DNA of 64,000 nt from a virus (IMGVR_UViG_3300030098_006179:64001-128000), one strand, 5' to 3'. Positions 30,533 to 40,720 are shown, counted from the first letter of the stretch. Notes: generated by a model from the sequence alone, not told the origin. Numbers and translations: made by a program.

Positions 30533-31538
30533 AATCGTCGGTGCTTTTAGAATTGTGTGCGGGGCAACCTTCGTAATGTTTCTTTACTATTTTTTGACCC
30601 CTTTTCTTTTTTGATTTTAGTTCTTTTTCATCTTTTGATGAAGCTATTTGTTTTCCATTTTTATCTTGAAGAACATAATAATCATATGCAAACTTATAAG
30701 CACAATGCCACATGGGAGAACCGTCTTTTTTAAGTTGTCCCGGATGTTTCGCAAATCCGCATTGTAGAGGGCCTTTAAATCCAGCGTCTTTGTCTGGGAA
30801 TGGTTGGTGAGCCGCTAGGTTAGATTCGGAGGCTTCCTTGTCAAAGGACTCCATTTGTTTGTAAATACCTTCTAAGTAATATTCAAAACCTTTAAGTGCT
30901 TCTTCGCTATATTGAAGTTCTTGAATTGGATTTTCTCCAAATTTTAAATGTATGAACCTTACAACTGGTTTGAGGTCGGGCCATATTTTTTTTGAGGCAA
31001 GAGAATAAACCATTGCTTGAATATTTGATTTTAAATCTTCTCCTTCAAATTTCTTTTTGCCACTTTTGTAGTCAGCAATAAGCATTCTTTTATCTTTTTT
31101 ATAACTTATAGCTTTATCTATATACCCCATGACGCAATACTTGGGGTCTTCGTTTTCAATTCTGAATTCATATTCGGGGCTTTCCAGCTTTCCACCCTTT
31201 CCAAAAAAGTCATAGTTTAACCCAACTAGTATCATGTACCTTATGTCTTCGTAGTGTTCTTCTTCATATATCCCCTGTTTCTTAAGGTGCTTGATAACTA
31301 GTCGGGTTACTGGTTCTGACGCTTCCATGTCAGAAAGCTTTGTAATGGCTGTGAAATGTTTTTTGTGTTTGGGATCTAATAGAAGTTCCAAAACTAAGTG
31401 GCATATACTGCCTTTTTGTGCTCCAGCATTTGTTGTGTCTGGCAGCTTTAATACGTATTTGCACCAATAGAGCCAACTACACGCTTCTAAAGTTTTCATT
31501 CTGGAAGCGGACAAGTAATTTATATCTTTTTTTGCCAT
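30522..31538 (-). CDS. RecB/AddB/Cas4-like PD-(D/E)xK exonuclease
   Basis: LSASR..C..Y, GSICHLVLE, E..F, GYID, ADYKSG, QAMVY. C-terminal Cys residues could bind an Fe-S cluster. Confidence 0.85.
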   Translation of the reverse strand: MAKKDINYLSASRMKTLEACSWLYWCKYVLKLPDTTNAGAQKGSICHLVLELLLDPKHKKHFTAITKLSDMEASEPVTRLVIKHLKKQGIYEEEHYEDIRYMILVGLNYDFFGKGGKLESPEYEFRIENEDPKYCVMGYIDKAISYKKDKRMLIADYKSGKKKFEGEDLKSNIQAMVYSLASKKIWPDLKPVVRFIHLKFGENPIQELQYSEEALKGFEYYLEGIYKQMESFDKEASESNLAAHQPFPDKDAGFKGPLQCGFAKHPGQLKKDGSPMWHCAYKFAYDYYVLQDKNGKQIASSKDEKELKSKKKRGQKIVKKHYEGCPAHNSKSTDDFEF

Positions 31539-32425
31539 TTTAAAATTTCTTCTTGATTCATTTCTCCAAAGTCTTTTTTGTCTGGTAGGATTATTTTTAT
31601 TTGTTTGGAGTCAAAATATTTATTTAATTTATTAAAAGCCTTATTTGCTGCTTTGTTTCCAGCACTATTATTGGCTTCATCATTATTGAAAGATAATATA
31701 ACTTCATTTGGATCAATTTTCAAGAGGAAGTTTAATAACTGGGAACTTATATCTAAACCAAATGAAACAATAACATTTTTAATACCTGCATCCCACAATG
31801 CTAAAAGGTCTCCAATGCTTTCAACAATAATAATTTTTTTATTTTTTAAAAGTATGTCAGAATTTAAAAAGGCTGGATATACCCAAGTAGATTTAGAACC
31901 AATATGTTTCCATTTGGGTCTATGTGAATTTTTATAATTCATTAAATCTCTACCGGAAAATCCTACAATTTTATTTTTAGAATTAAAAATAGGAAAAACA
32001 TATCTATCTTTCATTTTTCCAGAGCGCACAATTCCGCCGTTAAATTCTTTTAGGGTCTCTACTGAGACTCCTCTATTTACCCAATAGGATTCATCTTTTT
32101 CAATTTTATCTAAAAGGTTTTCATCAAATATTTTTTGTTCTGAAATCTTTACTTCATATTTTGGAGCTTCTGTATAATGGGTAGTTTTATCAGAGAGCCA
32201 TTCTTTAGCATCTTCTATCTTGTCTACCCGTAAAGAAAGTCTTACTAATTCTTCAAAAGAACCTTTTATGTTTCTTCCAAAGTCAACAAATCTGCCCGTG
32301 ATTTTATTCACGGACAGAGATGTTTCGTTATCGGAATCTCTATAGATTGGTTTTGTTCTATAGAAATCACCAGAGTCTTTTATGTTAGAATAACCCAACT
32401 CTAATAATGTTTGTTTTACATCCAT
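31520..32425 (-). CDS. dnaG: DNA primase (TOPRIM)
   Basis: YWVNRG, RYVFPI, VGFSGR, PKW, IVESIGD, SFNND, KDFGEM. Confidence 0.85.
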   Translation of the reverse strand: MDVKQTLLELGYSNIKDSGDFYRTKPIYRDSDNETSLSVNKITGRFVDFGRNIKGSFEELVRLSLRVDKIEDAKEWLSDKTTHYTEAPKYEVKISEQKIFDENLLDKIEKDESYWVNRGVSVETLKEFNGGIVRSGKMKDRYVFPIFNSKNKIVGFSGRDLMNYKNSHRPKWKHIGSKSTWVYPAFLNSDILLKNKKIIIVESIGDLLALWDAGIKNVIVSFGLDISSQLLNFLLKIDPNEVILSFNNDEANNSAGNKAANKAFNKLNKYFDSKQIKIILPDKKDFGEMNQEEILKWQKKI

Positions 32426-33982
32426 TTAGATTAAATCACCATCGTTTGAGTTTTCGTCATTTAACGTAGCTCTACCCTGTTGTCTGCGTATGATGTGTTC
32501 TAAAGAACCCTTTTCTTCAACCTTAAAATTATTTATTTCTAAGTTTAAATAATTGTTTTCATATCTAAAGCTTCCATCTGACAGAGTTCTTCTGTGTAGG
32601 TCGTGATGCCCCGGAGCATTTTCTCCTTGAAACCTAGATTTAAACACTGTCAGTTTATGAGTGCCAAACCTTAAGTTGTTCATACCTCTTTGCTCGTTAG
32701 CGTTCTCCGCCTCTTCTTGTGATAACCCTTCATCTTCAGCAATCTCTTCAATGGTTTTTCTTCTGATTCCCGCAGTTAAAGAACAGAACCATTGAATTCG
32801 GTCAGACACAGCCATTGAAGAACTATCGTCAGATATTTGAGAAGACTTTTTGTTAAAGCTTTCTCCAGTTCTATTTGCTTGTACTGCTGTTAAAACTGGA
32901 ATGTTTGCTTCCATTGACAATTGGTGAAACAGGCTAACTTTTTCACCCATCGCTTGATACTCTGCCCAATTTTGTCCAACTTTTTCTCCAGTAAGTTTGA
33001 GGTAGTCGTATAAAACAATAGCTGGATTTCCTCTACCAACGTCAGATAGAATCCACCTTCTAACCTTTGACATTATTTGCTCAACAGATCTGTTTCCAGC
33101 TTGGTAATGTTTAACTTTCGTTTTAACTTTTTCTAATTCTTCGGCAGCTTTTCTTACCTTATCGTACATATCTTTGTTTCGTTTATATTGTCCAGTTTCA
33201 ATGATATGCATTGGAACACCAGATAGAGCGGTTAACATACGGGTTCTAATATCTTTGGTTTGCATTTCTGTGTCAATAATTAAAACTGGTACGTCGTACT
33301 GAGAACCTACTGACATTGCAAGATGGTTAAGTAATGTACTTTTACCTTGTCCGGGTCTTGCGGCAAAACAATATACGTTTCCGGGCCTAAAGCCCCCATA
33401 CAATCTATTAAATTCTGGAAACGGAGTTAAGTATCCAAAATTTTCTACAACATCAGCTTCGTCAACATCTTTTAATATGTCTTCATACAGGTCTTGAGGT
33501 TTATCTTCAACATTTGTATAAGAAAGCATTCTTTCGTGATAAATTGCATCTGCCTCTGATATAAAATCTCCTAGATTATCTACATTTCCTGAAGCTGCAA
33601 GCTTTTTAATTTCTTCGGCGCTTTGAGAAACCTCTCTTCTTACTCTCATATATACAAGCTCTTGGGCTGCTTTTATAACACCGTTATTTGTGATTTGTAT
33701 GTAGCTTAAATTATCTAAATAATCAAATATTGAAATATCATTACCAAAGCATTCCCTAAAAGAATTCTCTGCTCCACAGCTTTTAATTTTCTGTGAAACA
33801 ATTACGCTATCTACATTATCTCCTTTTAAAATTGAGTTTTTTAAAATTTTGTAGATTGTTGCATGAGCTTTTACATAAAAGTCTTTTTCTGAAATGAATG
33901 GTTCTATGTCCGCTAATACAGAAGGGTTTCGTAGTAAACCCCCCAATACATGTTTTTCTAATTGAATTGATACGTTTGTCAT
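32426..33982 (-). CDS. dnaB: Replicative DNA helicase
   Basis: EKHVLGGLL, AARPGQGKS Walker A, DTEM, YDYLKL, QANR, KSR. Confidence 0.92.
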   Translation of the reverse strand: MTNVSIQLEKHVLGGLLRNPSVLADIEPFISEKDFYVKAHATIYKILKNSILKGDNVDSVIVSQKIKSCGAENSFRECFGNDISIFDYLDNLSYIQITNNGVIKAAQELVYMRVRREVSQSAEEIKKLAASGNVDNLGDFISEADAIYHERMLSYTNVEDKPQDLYEDILKDVDEADVVENFGYLTPFPEFNRLYGGFRPGNVYCFAARPGQGKSTLLNHLAMSVGSQYDVPVLIIDTEMQTKDIRTRMLTALSGVPMHIIETGQYKRNKDMYDKVRKAAEELEKVKTKVKHYQAGNRSVEQIMSKVRRWILSDVGRGNPAIVLYDYLKLTGEKVGQNWAEYQAMGEKVSLFHQLSMEANIPVLTAVQANRTGESFNKKSSQISDDSSSMAVSDRIQWFCSLTAGIRRKTIEEIAEDEGLSQEEAENANEQRGMNNLRFGTHKLTVFKSRFQGENAPGHHDLHRRTLSDGSFRYENNYLNLEINNFKVEEKGSLEHIIRRQQGRATLNDENSNDGDLI

Positions 33983-33988
33983 GCTTTA

Positions 33989-34017
33989 TTTATAGCACGA
34001 ATCACTTTTTTGGTAAA
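33989..34017 (-). promoter_or_regulatory. Putative promoter TTTACC-17-TATAAA (TGn extended), 6 nt before the dnaB ATG
   Basis: Minus strand TTTACCaaaaaagtgattcgtgcTATAAAtaaagcATG. Confidence 0.45.
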
Positions 34018-34023
34018 GACTTT

Positions 34024-34317
34024 TTATTCTATTTCTTCGTCGTCCTCATCTGGCCAATCTGGTTCTTCGGGCTCTTCTTGAATTTCAAAATCGTCAGAGA
34101 AAAATTCAACAGAAGTTTCTAAATTCATGACTTCTAAAGTTTTTATATAATGATTTATATAATATTCTAAAGCCATGGCGTTCATGGGCGTATCAAAGTT
34201 AGAGTGAACAACTGGTTGTCCTGCAGAATTGAATGTAAACAACACGTATCCCCCGTTTGAGCATTCATTTATTTGTGCCAATAAGGAAGGAGGTATTTTA
34301 AATGGCTCCTGATCCAT
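34024..34317 (-). CDS. Hypothetical protein with acidic C-terminus (start at MDQEPF)
   Basis: ORF track and operon position. Confidence 0.6.
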   Translation of the reverse strand: MDQEPFKIPPSLLAQINECSNGGYVLFTFNSAGQPVVHSNFDTPMNAMALEYYINHYIKTLEVMNLETSVEFFSDDFEIQEEPEEPDWPDEDDEEIE

Positions 34318-34336
34318 AACAATTATTACACCATAA

Positions 34337-34753
34337 TTATAAAATAATATCAAACTCTTTTTTAAACCATTCTTTGCTTAGTTTATCTACTTCATTTTGT
34401 TCTATTTCTACTATTAAAAAATTATTTAATTCTAGCCATTCTCTTTTTTTAACGTCTCGTTTTATTGATTCAAGATAGTTGGCTCTTGAGTTATTGTGGA
34501 AAAATTTATTAAATTTATTATGTTGAGTGCCATTGACTTCTATGGCTATTCTTTTGGTAGCGTTAATGAAGTCTACCTTTAGTTTTGTGCCATATACGGG
34601 GAATTCTTCATAAACAATATGGTTTTGCCAATAAGATTTAAGAAACTGTTTGGTTTTGAACTGTATTTTAGATTTGGATTTATCATCCCAATCTATAAGG
34701 TATTTGCTAACCTTTCTACTTTGGAGCTTTCCATATACATTGTATAACCTCAT
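34337..34753 (-). CDS. DUF559/Vsr-like PD-(D/E)xK endonuclease
   Basis: EEFPV..KVDF..IAIEVNGTQH...RDVKKREWLELN. Confidence 0.75.
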   Translation of the reverse strand: MRLYNVYGKLQSRKVSKYLIDWDDKSKSKIQFKTKQFLKSYWQNHIVYEEFPVYGTKLKVDFINATKRIAIEVNGTQHNKFNKFFHNNSRANYLESIKRDVKKREWLELNNFLIVEIEQNEVDKLSKEWFKKEFDIIL

Positions 34754-35841
34754 GCTTTTTTGAGGGCTTCTCTGAATTTATTAAAGATATACTTGCCAAT
34801 TTCTTTATTTTCTTCAAAGTATTTTCGTAAATTATCCATGCCTTGATGTTGTTTTTTGAGTTCTACCTTTAATTCTTTTTGAACTTCTTCTACCAACTCA
34901 TCTGAAATTGTAACCCAAGCTCCCTTGGCTACAGCCATGTCCCAAGCCAGCATCATATCTACAATTTCATATTCAACCCAAATGCTTTTGCCTCCTGTCC
35001 TGCCGTATCTAATTGGATACCTGACTTCTAGTCCTGTTTTTTCATTAGAGGTTTTTCTAAAGATTATCTTACACCAGTGTCCAAGCATATCGCCTTTACC
35101 GGCGGCTTGAGTTGTGATTAAATCTTTAACATATCTAGGCTGAAACTCTAAAATCCAATCGCTGTAGTGAAGTATTGCATTGCCCCCAGAAGCATTGGTA
35201 ACTTTTGGGTCTGATTTTGCATAAGGATTAATTTGAACAGAACTCCTTACCTGAGAAATCATATAACATATATGCCCTCTGGTTGCTAAACCTAGAGCCA
35301 TCTTTCTTAGGAAATCTGAACTTAGTAATGATCCACCAGCAACTTTTAATGCTTCGTCTGAGCTTTTTTCCAAATCTCCCCTAGGTACAAGCGCATCCAT
35401 TGAATCAATAACAAACATATATCTTGTATCTGTCGGGTTATTAGCCACTAATTCCCTCATGAAGTCAATTACTGATTCATAAACGTTAGATTTATACACA
35501 AACCATTTTTCTTCACTTGTGTCTATACCAGACCTTTCAATCATATCTTTTGAAAGTCTACCTTCTGATTTGATATAAATGACCATTGAGTTATCCATCT
35601 TTTGAAAGTTTCTAGCAAAAGATAAAGCGCATGAAGTTTTGCCACCCTCAGTTACTCCTGAAGCTCGCACAATCCCCGGTTTGATTCCGCCACCCATTTC
35701 AATATCTAAAAGCAAACTACCGCTAGATACCGTATAGGTTCTTTCTTCTTCAAAATTATAATGATCTCCGCTATGTTGTTTGAGGTATGCGCCTATTTGA
35801 TCTAGTGGAGATGTTCCTTCAGTTTTCGTTTTCTTCTTCAT
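34750..35841 (-). CDS. recA: RecA/UvsX-like recombinase
   Basis: SSGSLLLDIEMGGG, GVTEGGKT, IKSE, VIDSMDAL, ISQVR, SGGNAILHYS, GAW. Confidence 0.9.
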   Translation of the reverse strand: MKKKTKTEGTSPLDQIGAYLKQHSGDHYNFEEERTYTVSSGSLLLDIEMGGGIKPGIVRASGVTEGGKTSCALSFARNFQKMDNSMVIYIKSEGRLSKDMIERSGIDTSEEKWFVYKSNVYESVIDFMRELVANNPTDTRYMFVIDSMDALVPRGDLEKSSDEALKVAGGSLLSSDFLRKMALGLATRGHICYMISQVRSSVQINPYAKSDPKVTNASGGNAILHYSDWILEFQPRYVKDLITTQAAGKGDMLGHWCKIIFRKTSNEKTGLEVRYPIRYGRTGGKSIWVEYEIVDMMLAWDMAVAKGAWVTISDELVEEVQKELKVELKKQHQGMDNLRKYFEENKEIGKYIFNKFREALKKA

Positions 35842-36184
35842 TATTATCTATAAAATCTATTATTGTTTTTGGTTTTCTGGACGTTTTGCCTTTGGGGCCA
35901 AGAACCTTATCCCCTAAAGTATACTTCTTTTTTTCTGGTAAAGCAAGCCTAAAAAGGCTTTGTTGTTTATATAGAAACTTTAAGCCGTCTTTGGTTAAAA
36001 ACCAAGCTAGTGAATTTAATTTAAAATCTAATTTTAAAGAAGTAAAAAAATTATCATCTTGAAATTTATCAAAAAGCTTTTTGGCTATAGCAACCTCTCT
36101 TCTCCATCCGGGAACCTTTAAGGATTTTGGATCTTTTAAAAACCTTTCAACAAATATTTGATACTTATTCTTCTTTCTGGGCAT
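35819..36184 (-). CDS. Hypothetical basic protein
   Basis: Fills the gap between gmd and recA with overlaps at both ends. Confidence 0.6.
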   Translation of the reverse strand: MPRKKNKYQIFVERFLKDPKSLKVPGWRREVAIAKKLFDKFQDDNFFTSLKLDFKLNSLAWFLTKDGLKFLYKQQSLFRLALPEKKKYTLGDKVLGPKGKTSRKPKTIIDFIDNNEEENEN

Positions 36185-37220
36185 CTAGGTCAAATTCTAC
36201 CATTCTTTTTACAAGTTTGTCAAATGTAATTTTTGGTTTCCAACCAAGATTTTCTTTTGCTGCGGTGGGATCGCCAAGAAGCAGGTCTACTTCTGCGGGT
36301 CTATAAAATTTTTCATTTATTACAACCAAACTATGTTTATGACTGCTACCTTTATAAACGTACCTTTCGTCTAGTCCTTCTCCTTCCCAGTAGCCATCTA
36401 TTTTAGCAGCTTTAAATGCTAGTTCAACAAATTCTTTTATTGTGTGGGTTTCGCCGCTTGCCAAAAGGTAATCTTTAGGTTCTTCTTGGTTGACCATTAA
36501 CCAAACACCTTCAACAAAATCTTCACTGTCGCTCCAATCTCGCTTTGAATGAATGTTTCCTAATTCAATTGGAGTTGGGGCTTCTATGTCAATACCTGTA
36601 CCTAGTTCTTTTTTAATTCTAGCAACGCCTTTGGTAATTTTTCTTGTAACAAATTCTTCCCCACGCTTTGTTCCTTCGTGATTAAAAAGTGTTCCATGTA
36701 CGGCGTACATATTATAAGATTCCCTGTATACTTTCACAAGATGCCTAGCAGCGCACTTAGAGGCTCCATATGGACTGCGAGGTTTGAGTGGGTGCTTCAT
36801 GTCTTGTGGAGCATAATCAACGTCTCCAAACTCCTCACTGCTTCCCGCACTATAAAATCTACAATTCGGCTGATATGCCCTAACCGCTTCTAAACAACGC
36901 ATGACACCCACTGCGTTAGCGTCAAATACTTGCATGGGCATGTCCCAGCTACAACCAACAAAAGAGTTGGCGGCAAAGTTGATAAAATAATCTGGTTGAA
37001 TATCCTGAACTAATTTAGCTATACTGTATTCGTCTACTAAATCACCATATACTAATTGAAAATTTGGGTGATCTAAAAAGTTTTCACAATTTGAAAAGTT
37101 TGGATTTGATACTCTGCGAATCATACCAAAGACTTTATTCTCTGGGTTTTTTAAAAGGTATTCGCACATATTGGCCCCATCTTGACCAAGTACTCCAGTT
37201 ACAAGAATTTTTTTACTCAT
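36165..37220 (-). CDS. gmd: GDP-mannose 4,6-dehydratase
   Basis: TGVLGQDG, SSEEFG, PRSPYGASK, LFNHE..RGEEFVTRKI, LGN..KRDW, YRPAEVDLLLGD. Confidence 0.95.
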   Translation of the reverse strand: MSKKILVTGVLGQDGANMCEYLLKNPENKVFGMIRRVSNPNFSNCENFLDHPNFQLVYGDLVDEYSIAKLVQDIQPDYFINFAANSFVGCSWDMPMQVFDANAVGVMRCLEAVRAYQPNCRFYSAGSSEEFGDVDYAPQDMKHPLKPRSPYGASKCAARHLVKVYRESYNMYAVHGTLFNHEGTKRGEEFVTRKITKGVARIKKELGTGIDIEAPTPIELGNIHSKRDWSDSEDFVEGVWLMVNQEEPKDYLLASGETHTIKEFVELAFKAAKIDGYWEGEGLDERYVYKGSSHKHSLVVINEKFYRPAEVDLLLGDPTAAKENLGWKPKITFDKLVKRMVEFDLDAQKEE

Positions 37221-38185
37221 TAAAATGACCTTAAATTATCTTCGTTAGCTCTATACCAATTATATGTACTTTTCAAGCCTTCTTCTAAAGAAATCGTAGG
37301 CTTCCACCCAAAGCTTTTTATTCTTGAATTGTCCATTAATTTTCTTAATGTTCCATCCGGCTTATTTAATTCAAATTGAATTTCACCTTCGTACATGACT
37401 GTGTTAGATATTGTTTTTGCTAAATCTGCAATAGAAATATCTTCACCACTACCAACGTTTAAATGTGAAATATTTTTACTATAAATATCTTCTGCATCAA
37501 CATTTTCTAAAACAAAAACAGCAGCTTTAGCCAAATCGTCTACGTGTAAAAATTCTCTTTTTGCTTTTCCTGTACCCCAAACATTAACCACGGAACAGAT
37601 AGCCTGTTTGGCTTCATGGAATTTTCTTAATAATGCTGGTAACACGTGAGAATTATCGGGGTGAAAATTATCATTTGGGCCATATAGATTAGTTGGCATT
37701 ATTGAAATAAAATTACATCCATGTTGTTTATAATAGCTTTCGCACATTTTAATGCCTGCAATTTTTGCTATAGCATATGGTTCATTTGTATACTCTAATG
37801 GAGAAGTTAAGAGGTATTCTTCTTTAATTGGCTGATCTGCAAATTTTGGATATATACAAGAACTCCCCAAGAATAATAGTTTCTTTACTCCATGTTTGTG
37901 GGATGAATTAATTAAGTTGTTTTGTATTTGTAAGTTTTCATAAATGAAATCTGCTCTATAGGTGTTATTTGAATGAATGCCCCCGACTTTCGCCGCGGCA
38001 TCTATAACAACGTCAACGTCATTTTCTTTAAACCATTTATCTACCGACTGTTGATTTAATAAATCAAGATGTTGCCTATCTGCAAAATAGATAGTCTTAT
38101 ATCCATTGCTTGATAAATTTCTCATTATTGCTGAACCTACCATTCCATTATGTCCAGCTATAAAAATCTTGGCATTTTTATTCAC
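37220..38185 (-). CDS. fcl: GDP-L-fucose synthase
   Basis: AGHNGMVGSA, AAAKVGGI, LGSSCIYP, YAIAK, PTNLYGPNDNF, WGTG..REFLHVDD, KPDG. Confidence 0.95.
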   Translation of the reverse strand: MNKNAKIFIAGHNGMVGSAIMRNLSSNGYKTIYFADRQHLDLLNQQSVDKWFKENDVDVVIDAAAKVGGIHSNNTYRADFIYENLQIQNNLINSSHKHGVKKLLFLGSSCIYPKFADQPIKEEYLLTSPLEYTNEPYAIAKIAGIKMCESYYKQHGCNFISIMPTNLYGPNDNFHPDNSHVLPALLRKFHEAKQAICSVVNVWGTGKAKREFLHVDDLAKAAVFVLENVDAEDIYSKNISHLNVGSGEDISIADLAKTISNTVMYEGEIQFELNKPDGTLRKLMDNSRIKSFGWKPTISLEEGLKSTYNWYRANEDNLRSF

Positions 38186-38190
38186 GGTAA

Positions 38191-38219
38191 AGTATAATAT
38201 ATATAATTAGGTATGTCAA
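38191..38219 (-). promoter_or_regulatory. Near-consensus sigma70 promoter TTGACA-17-TATACT, 5 nt before the GTG of fcl; overlaps a divergent + strand TATAAT
   Basis: Minus strand TTGACAtacctaattatatatatTATACTttaccGTG. Confidence 0.75.
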
Positions 38220-38941
38220 ATTTAAATGAAATCTGTGTTGGTTTAATAACTTCTTGCTCTAAAAATTACGCAGAACGTTCAAAAAACATTTTAAATACTT
38301 GGGGTAAGGACATTGAACACATTTACTTTTTTACAGATTGCGAAAATAAAGATTACAGATATTTAAATCTAACCAAAAATAATTTTCTATCTTCAAACAA
38401 AGAAAAGATGATAAAAGGAATTTTAAATTTATATGAAATGAATCTTGATTGTAAATATTATCTTTTGGGAGACGACGACAATTATTTTTTTATTAAAAAT
38501 ATTTTAAATTTTTGTAAAAAAAACATTACAGAAAACGAATTAACTTTTTATGGTAGAGATATTTTTAATTGGAAAATAGGATACTATGACAATGCTAGAG
38601 CTATGAATCACGGCGCACACTCTGCTGGAGATACATTAGATTATTGCGGAGGTGGGGGTATTTTGTTTAACTGTAAATCTTTTAAAAAGATGGGGGAATA
38701 TATTAAAAATAATTATAATAAAATTATGGAAAAATTTCCTAGGTATGCTGATGTATGCATGGGTTATATATGTAAATATTCTAGTATTAAATTTATTCCA
38801 GAAGATAGATTTCACACTCATTGCTATGTATCTTTTTATGAAGAAGACTATAAAGAAGAAAAAATAAAGTCATATTTAGAAGATCAATTTAGTTTTCATA
38901 GAATTACTCACGAAGACCACTATAAATTTTTAAATATTTAA
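38213..38941 (+). CDS. GT31 Fringe / core-1 beta-1,3-galactosyltransferase-like glycosyltransferase
   Basis: R..I..TW, FFTD, YYLLGDDDNY, YCGGGG, ADVCMG, RFH, FSFH. Confidence 0.8.
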   Translation: MSNLNEICVGLITSCSKNYAERSKNILNTWGKDIEHIYFFTDCENKDYRYLNLTKNNFLSSNKEKMIKGILNLYEMNLDCKYYLLGDDDNYFFIKNILNFCKKNITENELTFYGRDIFNWKIGYYDNARAMNHGAHSAGDTLDYCGGGGILFNCKSFKKMGEYIKNNYNKIMEKFPRYADVCMGYICKYSSIKFIPEDRFHTHCYVSFYEEDYKEEKIKSYLEDQFSFHRITHEDHYKFLNI

Positions 38942-38942
38942 C

Positions 38943-39878
38943 ATGAAAATAAATTTAATTATTACAAAAAGTCAATTAGTTAAAGATTTAGATTCTGAGA
39001 AAGAAAAAACAAATCTTAGAGGCCCTAGATCAGCAGTAACTAATTTAATTAAAGGCCTAAATGATCATGGTGCAAATTATGGAATAACTTTTGACGAAGA
39101 GAAGGCAAGTGGAAAAATTGGAGAAGTAAATATTCCTTTAAATATAAATTCGTTAAATATTCTATATAAACAATCCGAAGAAATTTTAAAAACTTCTGTG
39201 ATCGGACCCATGGGGGTTGGTAATGCGTCTGATCGTTTGCCTATATTTCAAAAAATAAAAAAATGTTTAATTCATAGCAATTGGGTTAAAACATTATATT
39301 TAAAACAGCTTGGAGATGCAAAAATTTTTGATGTTGATTTTTACTTATGGGCTGCGGGTATAGATACAGATTTTTTCAAACCAGAAAATATAAAAAAAGA
39401 TTTAGATTGTTTTATTTACCATAAAAGTGGACCTATTGAATTATCGTGGCTAAAGGAAAGTTTGGATAAATATAAAATAAAATATGAAATATTACAATAT
39501 GGAAAATATACCCAAAAAGAATTAAAAAATATTTCTAATAGATCTAATTTTTGTATACATTCATCTTTAGATGAAACTCAAAACATGGCTGCAATGGAAA
39601 TTTTAAGTTGTAATGTACCAATGATTATTTTTGATTCTAATTATCGACACCATGTAGATTTTTGTACGTCTTTGGAATACTTCGATGAAACTTGCGGAAT
39701 AAAAGTAAACCAAAATGACTTTTATGATCATCGCCCCGACGCTATTGACAAGCCCTTAAATGAAATGATAGAAAATTATTCTAAATATACTCCTAGAGAT
39801 TATATTTTAAAAAATCATACAATAGAAAAATCAACCAAACAGTTTTTAAAAGCTGCAGATTGGGTGGCTAATGATTAA
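38943..39878 (+). CDS. GT-B (GT4-like) glycosyltransferase
   Basis: AGIDTDFFKP, ETQNMAAMEILSCNVP. Paralogue of 54905-55792. Confidence 0.6.
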   Translation: MKINLIITKSQLVKDLDSEKEKTNLRGPRSAVTNLIKGLNDHGANYGITFDEEKASGKIGEVNIPLNINSLNILYKQSEEILKTSVIGPMGVGNASDRLPIFQKIKKCLIHSNWVKTLYLKQLGDAKIFDVDFYLWAAGIDTDFFKPENIKKDLDCFIYHKSGPIELSWLKESLDKYKIKYEILQYGKYTQKELKNISNRSNFCIHSSLDETQNMAAMEILSCNVPMIIFDSNYRHHVDFCTSLEYFDETCGIKVNQNDFYDHRPDAIDKPLNEMIENYSKYTPRDYILKNHTIEKSTKQFLKAADWVAND

Positions 39879-40720
39879 AATGGACTCTCGTGTTCTAGAA
39901 TTTGAGAGATTTGTTTTGTCATTTTTTCTTGTTTTTTAAAGTTAAAATCTTTAGACAGAAAGGATTCTATTGAATTTATTAGCGGGGATTTGAATTTTAT
40001 GTCTATTCTTTGATTATTAAATTTTAAAACCTGAGTTACGTCATCCCAATATAGGAAACCCTTTTCAAACTCAAAAATACAATCCCTATCTTTCTTTCCA
40101 TAGTACCAGCTTGAATTTATTTGAACTAACGTGCCCCCAAAATCCAATAGCCCTATTGCGCTATCGCTTTTTACAGAATTTTTGTTTCTTTTATAGTTTA
40201 TCCATAAAGTTTTAGATGGCATTTTTTCCAAAACGTGAAGCATAATACTAACGTCGTGAGACGATAAGTCATATCTAGCGTTAACGTCTTTTCTTTCTGG
40301 CCCCATGTTTAACCTGTTCATTGTAACGCTTAATAGCTTTCCGTATTGTTTTGATTTACATATAGACTTTATAAATTTAACATGATCGTTAAAAGTAAAA
40401 ATCCAATCTACGAATAATTTTTTCTTGTTATTTTTTGCAATTTTATATAAATGTTCTGTTTCTGTGTAGGATGCAGTTAATGGTTTTTCGCAAAAAACAT
40501 TTGAACCAGAATTTAAAAAATGATAACAAATTTCATAATGCCTGCTTGTGGGAACGCATACGAATACATTTTTGCATTCAATATCTTGATAGTTTTTAAC
40601 TATGTTTTTTTCTTTACAAAAGGGGTCGCAAATTATTACATCATCTACATTTAAACTTTTTAGATTATTGTGTACAACTTTACCCCAATATCCATATCCA
40701 ATAATGGCCATTTCATTCAT
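39875..40720 (-). CDS. Gfo/Idh/MocA NAD-dependent oxidoreductase (WbpB/WlbA-like)
   Basis: [21 protein letters not shown]. Confidence 0.9.
   Translation of the reverse strand: MNEMAIIGYGYWGKVVHNNLKSLNVDDVIICDPFCKEKNIVKNYQDIECKNVFVCVPTSRHYEICYHFLNSGSNVFCEKPLTASYTETEHLYKIAKNNKKKLFVDWIFTFNDHVKFIKSICKSKQYGKLLSVTMNRLNMGPERKDVNARYDLSSHDVSIMLHVLEKMPSKTLWINYKRNKNSVKSDSAIGLLDFGGTLVQINSSWYYGKKDRDCIFEFEKGFLYWDDVTQVLKFNNQRIDIKFKSPLINSIESFLSKDFNFKKQEKMTKQISQILEHESPF

Noticed and set aside
30522-31538. Cas4 as part of a CRISPR-Cas system
   Set aside because: No repeat-spacer array or other cas genes; context is a replication operon.
25466-33982. Inteins in DnaE/DnaB or trans-splicing of split DnaE
   Set aside because: No intein N-terminal or His-Asn-Cys/Ser junction motifs, and no large insertions.
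33987-33994. T4 late promoter TATAAATA before dnaB
   Set aside because: Single instance in very AT-rich DNA, before a replication gene; a sigma70 extended -10 explains it as well.
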